Part shown: positions 59,158-64,000 of the stretch, one piece after another
Layout: each line of letters starts with the position of its first letter
How positions within the stretch are numbered: position 1 is the first letter of the stretch
Origin: a virus
Virus record (IMG/VR): IMGVR_UViG_3300034200_001896
Location: 21,764 to 85,763 of that record
Length of the DNA: 64,000 nucleotides
Direction: 5' to 3' (one strand)
Made by a program: the position numbers and the translations under genes
The notes under the pieces: model-generated
Database searches by the model: none
What the model saw: the letters and a program-made list of their open reading frames with translations, nothing else
Told to the model about the DNA's origin: nothing

Positions 59158-60264
59158 ATGATTCCTATATACCAACCATACCTTCCTAAAAAAGCTTTAA
59201 AACATGCCCATAAGGCCCTAGATTCATCTTGGATATCTAATCTTGGAGAATACAAGGAATTATCTAAAAAACGCTTAAACGAGATTTTAGGATGTCAAAA
59301 TAATATCTTAACTAATAATGGTACTACTTCTACGCATTTAATTTATAAAGCTTTAAAATTTAAAAAACCAAATATCAAAAATTTGATTGTTCCAAATAAT
59401 GTATATGTAGCAGCTTGGAACGCCATGCTATTTGACGGTGACGGCATTAATCTAATTCCAATTAAGACAAACCTTAAGACTTGGAATATGGATATTAAAG
59501 ACTTATTATATGAAGCAAAAGAAAGAAGTCCAGAAGACACGGCTATATTAATTGTACATAATCTTGGCGGCATTATTAATGTTCCTGCCTTAAAAAGATT
59601 GTTACCAGAATATGAATTTATAGAAGACAATTGTGAAGGTTTTTTAGGTAAATATGAAAATCAATTTGCTGGCACTGCCTGTCTTGCAAGTTCTATATCT
59701 TTTTATGGCAATAAAACTATTACCTGCGGCGAAGGTGGTGCATTAATTATTAATGATAATAGTCAAACAAAGTTTTTAGAAAAAACTCACAGTCAAGGAC
59801 AATCAGAAATAAGATATATTCATGATATTCTTGGTTATAACTATAGAATGACTAACGTTCAAGCGGCCATTCTTTATGGTCAATTAGAAATTCATGAAAA
59901 GATTTTAAGTAAGAAAAAGAAAATCTTTAATCGTTATAAGAAAAATCTAAAAGTAAATAAAAATATAGCATTTCAATATAAAGAAAAGGATTGTGAAAAT
60001 GCCTTATGGATGTTCCCTATTCGTATAATTGGAAATACTGATTACGAATCAGCAAAACAATATTTTTTAAGTAAGGGAATAGAAACAAGAAATATGTTTT
60101 ATCCTATGTCTCGGCATGAACATCTCAAACAGTATGCGAATGTAGAAAAAGAAATAGAGGCAGAGCAATTATTAAAAGAAATTATTATTTTTCCTTCAAG
60201 TCCGACTTTAAAATCTGAAGAAGTAGATTATATTAGTAGTGAAATACTAAACTATTGCAAATAG
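59158..60264 (+). CDS. DegT/DnrJ aminotransferase (perosamine-synthase-like)
   Basis: NGT, IEDNCE, SFYGNKTITCGEGG, GYNYRMTNVQAA. Confidence 0.9.
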   Translation: MIPIYQPYLPKKALKHAHKALDSSWISNLGEYKELSKKRLNEILGCQNNILTNNGTTSTHLIYKALKFKKPNIKNLIVPNNVYVAAWNAMLFDGDGINLIPIKTNLKTWNMDIKDLLYEAKERSPEDTAILIVHNLGGIINVPALKRLLPEYEFIEDNCEGFLGKYENQFAGTACLASSISFYGNKTITCGEGGALIINDNSQTKFLEKTHSQGQSEIRYIHDILGYNYRMTNVQAAILYGQLEIHEKILSKKKKIFNRYKKNLKVNKNIAFQYKEKDCENALWMFPIRIIGNTDYESAKQYFLSKGIETRNMFYPMSRHEHLKQYANVEKEIEAEQLLKEIIIFPSSPTLKSEEVDYISSEILNYCK

Positions 60265-60267
60265 AAT

Positions 60268-60855
60268 ATGCTAATAAAAGAATTGTGTTTTTTACATTTA
60301 GAAAATATTAAAAACTCTTTTTCTTCTTTAGAAGAACAAAAACTGTTAGAATTAGCAAATTTAATTAATAATTGTTCTGGTATAGTTTATTTTACTGGTG
60401 TTGGAAAAAATGGTCATGTAGCCGCTAAGGCAGCTTCTACTTTTGCCAGCATAGGAGTAAAAAGTATATATATCAACCCTGTTGATGCAGTGCATGGAGA
60501 CATGGGTAATATAAGCAATAATGATGTTATAATAAACATTAGTAAAAGTGGTAACACCGAAGAATTATTGAATTTTCTTGATATATTAAGAAAGAATAAT
60601 AAAATTATAAAAATAGTATCTGTTCATTCTAATAACAATGGTCAAACCGCCAATTTAGCTAATATTAGTATTTGCATTCCAGATATAAAAGAGGTTGATA
60701 ACTATAATATTGTTCCAACTACTTCCATAGCAGCATATGTTATATTTTTACAAAGCTTGGGGATATACGTTTCTAATTTACGTGACTTTTCTTTATCAAA
60801 ATTTAAGAAAAATCATCCCGGCGGTTCAATAGGTGTACAATTAAAAAATGAATAA
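60268..60855 (+). CDS. SIS-domain sugar-phosphate isomerase (KdsD/GutQ-like, no CBS)
   Basis: TGVGKNGHVA.K, HGDMG, SKSGNTEE, PTTS, HPGGSIG. Confidence 0.85.
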   Translation: MLIKELCFLHLENIKNSFSSLEEQKLLELANLINNCSGIVYFTGVGKNGHVAAKAASTFASIGVKSIYINPVDAVHGDMGNISNNDVIINISKSGNTEELLNFLDILRKNNKIIKIVSVHSNNNGQTANLANISICIPDIKEVDNYNIVPTTSIAAYVIFLQSLGIYVSNLRDFSLSKFKKNHPGGSIGVQLKNE

Positions 60856-62344
60856 TATAGGCACGGTTATAATACAAGCAGGAGGTCTTGGTTCAAGGCT
60901 TGAAAAGTATACTAAAAACAAACCAAAATGCTTAGTGCCTTTAAACGGCAAACCTTTAATTGAATACTCTATAGAAAGATTTAAAGATTGTAAGATTATT
61001 ATTATTGGCGATTATAAATTTGATGTATTGAAACTATACATTGAAAATTTTTATTCTAAATATAATATTTCTCTTGTTAAAGCAACTGGAAAAAATACTT
61101 GCTCCGGTATTCAAGACGCAATAAAGCTAATAGAAAACGATTTGCCAGTATGTCTTATTTGGTCAGATTTAATATTAGAGCAAGACATAGAACATAAAGA
61201 AGAAATACAAGTTTTTTTAAGTGATGCTTTTCCTTGTAGATATAAACTAGAGGAAAAAAACATCGTTAAAGAAACAACAGATACAAATGGTGTTATAGGT
61301 CTTTTTACTTTTAAAAATAAAAGCGTCATTAGCACTGTACCAGAATCTGGCTCTTTTGTTGGAAAGTGGTTAAAAGAACAAAACCAAATAACATCTACAA
61401 AAATAAACAATATAAAAGAAATTGGCATTTTGAGCGCTTTAGAAAAACATAAAAATAAATCCTTTTGTAGATTTTTTAATTCTGTTGAAATTAAAGAGAA
61501 CAAGATATACAAAAAATGTATTAATACTGAATTTGATAATTTACATAAAGATGAAAAAAATTGGTATAAGTATGTTGTAGAAAAAAGATATTCTAATGTT
61601 CCACAAATATATTCTTATGAGCCATTAATTTTAGAATATATTAACGGTTATCATTGTCACAAAGAATATTTTAATGAGCAACAAAAAAAAACAATTTTAT
61701 TTAATTTTTGTAAAGCAATCAAAAATTTACATGATTTAGAAAAAATAAATGTAAATCAAAAAGATATTGATGAAGTATATTATACTAAAACTTTTGAGCG
61801 TATAAAAAAAGTACAAAACGTTATTCCTTTTTTTAAATATGAAAAATTAATAGTTAATAATAAAATTATTAAAAATCCATTTCATAATAAAAATATAAAT
61901 AAATTTTCCCAAGATATAAAAAATATTAAAGTAGAATCTTTTCATTCAATACATGGCGACTGTACGTTTAGTAATTTTTTAGTTAATAATGATTTGTCTA
62001 TAAAACTCATAGACCCAAGAGGATGTTTTGGAAAAACAAAAATATTTGGCGATAAAGATTATGATTGGGCCAAATTTTATTATTCTCTAGTTGGAAATTA
62101 TGATTCTATTAATGATAAAAATTATGATTTAGAGTTTGAAGAAAACAATATTACATACTCTATTAAAAGTAATGGTTGGGAAAATTTAGAAACTATCTTT
62201 TTTGAATTGTCGGGTGTAGACAGAAATAAAAATTATTTATTAAATAGTTTAATATGGCTATCTTTATGTGGTTATGTAATAGAAGACTATGATGCAATTT
62301 TAATTTCTTTTATTAAAGGTGTTGAATTATGGAACATGATATAG
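60848..62344 (+). CDS. Nucleotidyltransferase fused to APH/choline-kinase-like domain
   Basis: AGGLGSRL...KPKCL; HGDCTFSN, IDPRG, DWAK. Confidence 0.8.
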   Translation: MNNIGTVIIQAGGLGSRLEKYTKNKPKCLVPLNGKPLIEYSIERFKDCKIIIIGDYKFDVLKLYIENFYSKYNISLVKATGKNTCSGIQDAIKLIENDLPVCLIWSDLILEQDIEHKEEIQVFLSDAFPCRYKLEEKNIVKETTDTNGVIGLFTFKNKSVISTVPESGSFVGKWLKEQNQITSTKINNIKEIGILSALEKHKNKSFCRFFNSVEIKENKIYKKCINTEFDNLHKDEKNWYKYVVEKRYSNVPQIYSYEPLILEYINGYHCHKEYFNEQQKKTILFNFCKAIKNLHDLEKINVNQKDIDEVYYTKTFERIKKVQNVIPFFKYEKLIVNNKIIKNPFHNKNINKFSQDIKNIKVESFHSIHGDCTFSNFLVNNDLSIKLIDPRGCFGKTKIFGDKDYDWAKFYYSLVGNYDSINDKNYDLEFEENNITYSIKSNGWENLETIFFELSGVDRNKNYLLNSLIWLSLCGYVIEDYDAILISFIKGVELWNMI

Positions 62345-62715
62345 AATTAACATTATCTCCCTTGGCGAAAACATGGATATTTGATATTGATGGCACCATA
62401 TTAAAACATAATGGATATAAAAATAATAATGAAGTATTATTGCCGGGTGTAAAAGAATTTTTTAATGAATACGTTAAAGATTGCGATGTTGTTATTTTAA
62501 CAACAGGTAGGAAAACTGATATTATTGATTCTACAAAAAAGTTTTTATTAAATAATGGAATTAGATTTGACCATATAATTTTTAATCTACCATTAGGTGA
62601 AAGATTATTATTAAATGATAAAAAAGATAATGGTCTTTTAACAGCATATAGCATAAATTTAATAAGAGACAGCGGATTAAAAAATATATCTATTACTATT
62701 AATGAAGGAATATAA
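62329..62715 (+). CDS. HAD phosphatase
   Basis: FDIDGTI, LTTGR, NDKK. Confidence 0.75.
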   Translation: MEHDIELTLSPLAKTWIFDIDGTILKHNGYKNNNEVLLPGVKEFFNEYVKDCDVVILTTGRKTDIIDSTKKFLLNNGIRFDHIIFNLPLGERLLLNDKKDNGLLTAYSINLIRDSGLKNISITINEGI

Positions 62716-63645
62716 ATGACAATAGTCACTGGTGGTTCTGGTTTATTAGGAAATGCGTTTAAGAGAATATTAAACGACGCTGAGTATCCCACTCATAAAG
62801 AATTAGATTTAACTAACAAAAAAAGCACTGACGAATACATTAAAAAACACAGCGGAGCACATACAGTCATCCATTTAGCAGGAATGGTTGGTGGTGTAAA
62901 AGCAAATACAGAACGTGTATCGGATTTTTATGAAACCAATTCAGCTATAAACAATAATATTATTACTTCCTGTATAGAAAATAATGTACCAACATTGGTT
63001 TGTTGCCTATCTACCTGCATATATCCAGATGAAAAATACGTTAAGTATCCTTTAACTGAAGACCAGTTACACAATGGCCCTCCTCATGATTCTAATTTTG
63101 GCTATGCATATGCCAAAAGAATGGTCGATGTGCAGATAAGAGCTGCTAGACAACAATACCATTATGAATATATTACTGTTGTTCCGAATAACATGTATGG
63201 TGAACATGATAATTTCGATTTAGAAAATGGGCATGTTTTACCATCATTAATACGTAAAATATGGGAAGCTAAAATAAACAACAAGCCCACTTTCACAGTT
63301 TGGGGAGATGGCGAAGTTTATCGTGAATTTACATATGCAGAAGACATAGCAAAAGCAATACTGTTTTGTTTAGATAACTACGATAGTTCAGAGCCTATTA
63401 ATATTGGCAGTACAAAAGAATATAAATTAAAAGATGTTATTCAAATAATAACTAAACAATTAGATTATAGTGGTGATATAATTTATGACATTACTAAACC
63501 AAAGGGACAAATACGTAAACCAACTAGTAATAAAAAATTGTTAGATTTAGGTTGGAAAGATGAATGGTATACACCATTAGAAGTTGGCTTAGAAAAGACC
63601 TGTATTTGGTTTAAACAAAATTATCCTAGTGTAAGGGGAATATAA
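62716..63645 (+). CDS. fcl: GDP-L-fucose synthase
   Basis: TGGSGLLG, HLAGMVGG, STCIYP, YAYAKR, NMYG.HDNF, WGDG...REF. Confidence 0.92.
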   Translation: MTIVTGGSGLLGNAFKRILNDAEYPTHKELDLTNKKSTDEYIKKHSGAHTVIHLAGMVGGVKANTERVSDFYETNSAINNNIITSCIENNVPTLVCCLSTCIYPDEKYVKYPLTEDQLHNGPPHDSNFGYAYAKRMVDVQIRAARQQYHYEYITVVPNNMYGEHDNFDLENGHVLPSLIRKIWEAKINNKPTFTVWGDGEVYREFTYAEDIAKAILFCLDNYDSSEPINIGSTKEYKLKDVIQIITKQLDYSGDIIYDITKPKGQIRKPTSNKKLLDLGWKDEWYTPLEVGLEKTCIWFKQNYPSVRGI

Positions 63646-63646
63646 A

Positions 63647-63829
63647 ATGAAACTTTCAAATCAAGCATTATCCTGCGTAATGGTAGCTTTACAGAAAAGC
63701 CTTATGGAACAAACTGATATTGTTCCGTTATTAAAAGGTTTTGATATGGTATTAGAGGGCGAAGAATTGGTTGTTTCCAATCCTCCTACTTCCATTACTG
63801 CTTCTCCTGTGCTGACAGAAGAAAAATAA
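63647..63829 (+). CDS. Small hypothetical protein
   Basis: ORF track; coupled to neighbours. Confidence 0.55.
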   Translation: MKLSNQALSCVMVALQKSLMEQTDIVPLLKGFDMVLEGEELVVSNPPTSITASPVLTEEK

Positions 63830-63831
63830 TT

Positions 63832-64000
63832 ATGCCTACTTATATCTATAAATGCGAGAAGTGTCAAAATACCTTTAAAGCATTTCATGAAATGAGTGTA
63901 GTGTTAAATGAATGCCTAGACTGCCATTCAGAAGGATGTGTTAAGAAATTACCTTCTCTTTTAACCTCTTTACCAGAAAGAGATAAGGCTAAAGAGGCGG
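63832..64000 (+). CDS. FmdB-like zinc-ribbon protein (3'-truncated)
   Basis: MPTYIYKCEKC...F...CLDC. Confidence 0.65.
   Translation, partial: MPTYIYKCEKCQNTFKAFHEMSVVLNECLDCHSEGCVKKLPSLLTSLPERDKAKEA

Noticed and set aside
1-64000. Stop-codon reassignment
   Set aside because: Conserved genes (purA, gmd, fcl, phoH) are full length in the standard code and TAG/TGA end genes at sensible positions; no suppressor tRNA seen

Overview
This window looks like part of a large lytic (jumbo-type) bacteriophage genome, almost all on the + strand and in the standard genetic code. From left to right it holds: a tail-fibre gene, a HAD-domain protein, an ATE/Bpt-like aminoacyl transferase and purA (1-6.8 kb); a tandem array of about 21 small SH3/KOW/Tudor-like paralogues (7.7-12.4 kb, about 39 copies window-wide); and a GC-richer early region (12.9-30.9 kb). 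The early region is built from repeated promoter cassettes, each a TGTCAC-N6-GTGACA box 14-17 bp upstream of a TTGC -35. Many of its genes appear leaderless, and it also contains a MoxR/VWA pair, a tRNA cluster, HNH endonucleases and a mini-tmRNA-like RNA. An AT-rich middle/late region follows, with a candidate ACTAnTTA promoter, a GH19 endolysin, more tRNAs, a ~345-nt structured RNA resembling the 23S rRNA L11-binding domain, ClpP, TrmH and PhoH. A nucleotide-sugar/glycosyltransferase cluster (52-64 kb) ends the window. The strongest candidates for something undescribed are the operator-promoter cassettes, two modules where an HNH gene appears to be transcribed through the antisense of an atypical tRNA, the micro-protein paralogue expansion, and the two unusual RNAs. 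All calls come from reading the sequence by eye; no database searches were run.
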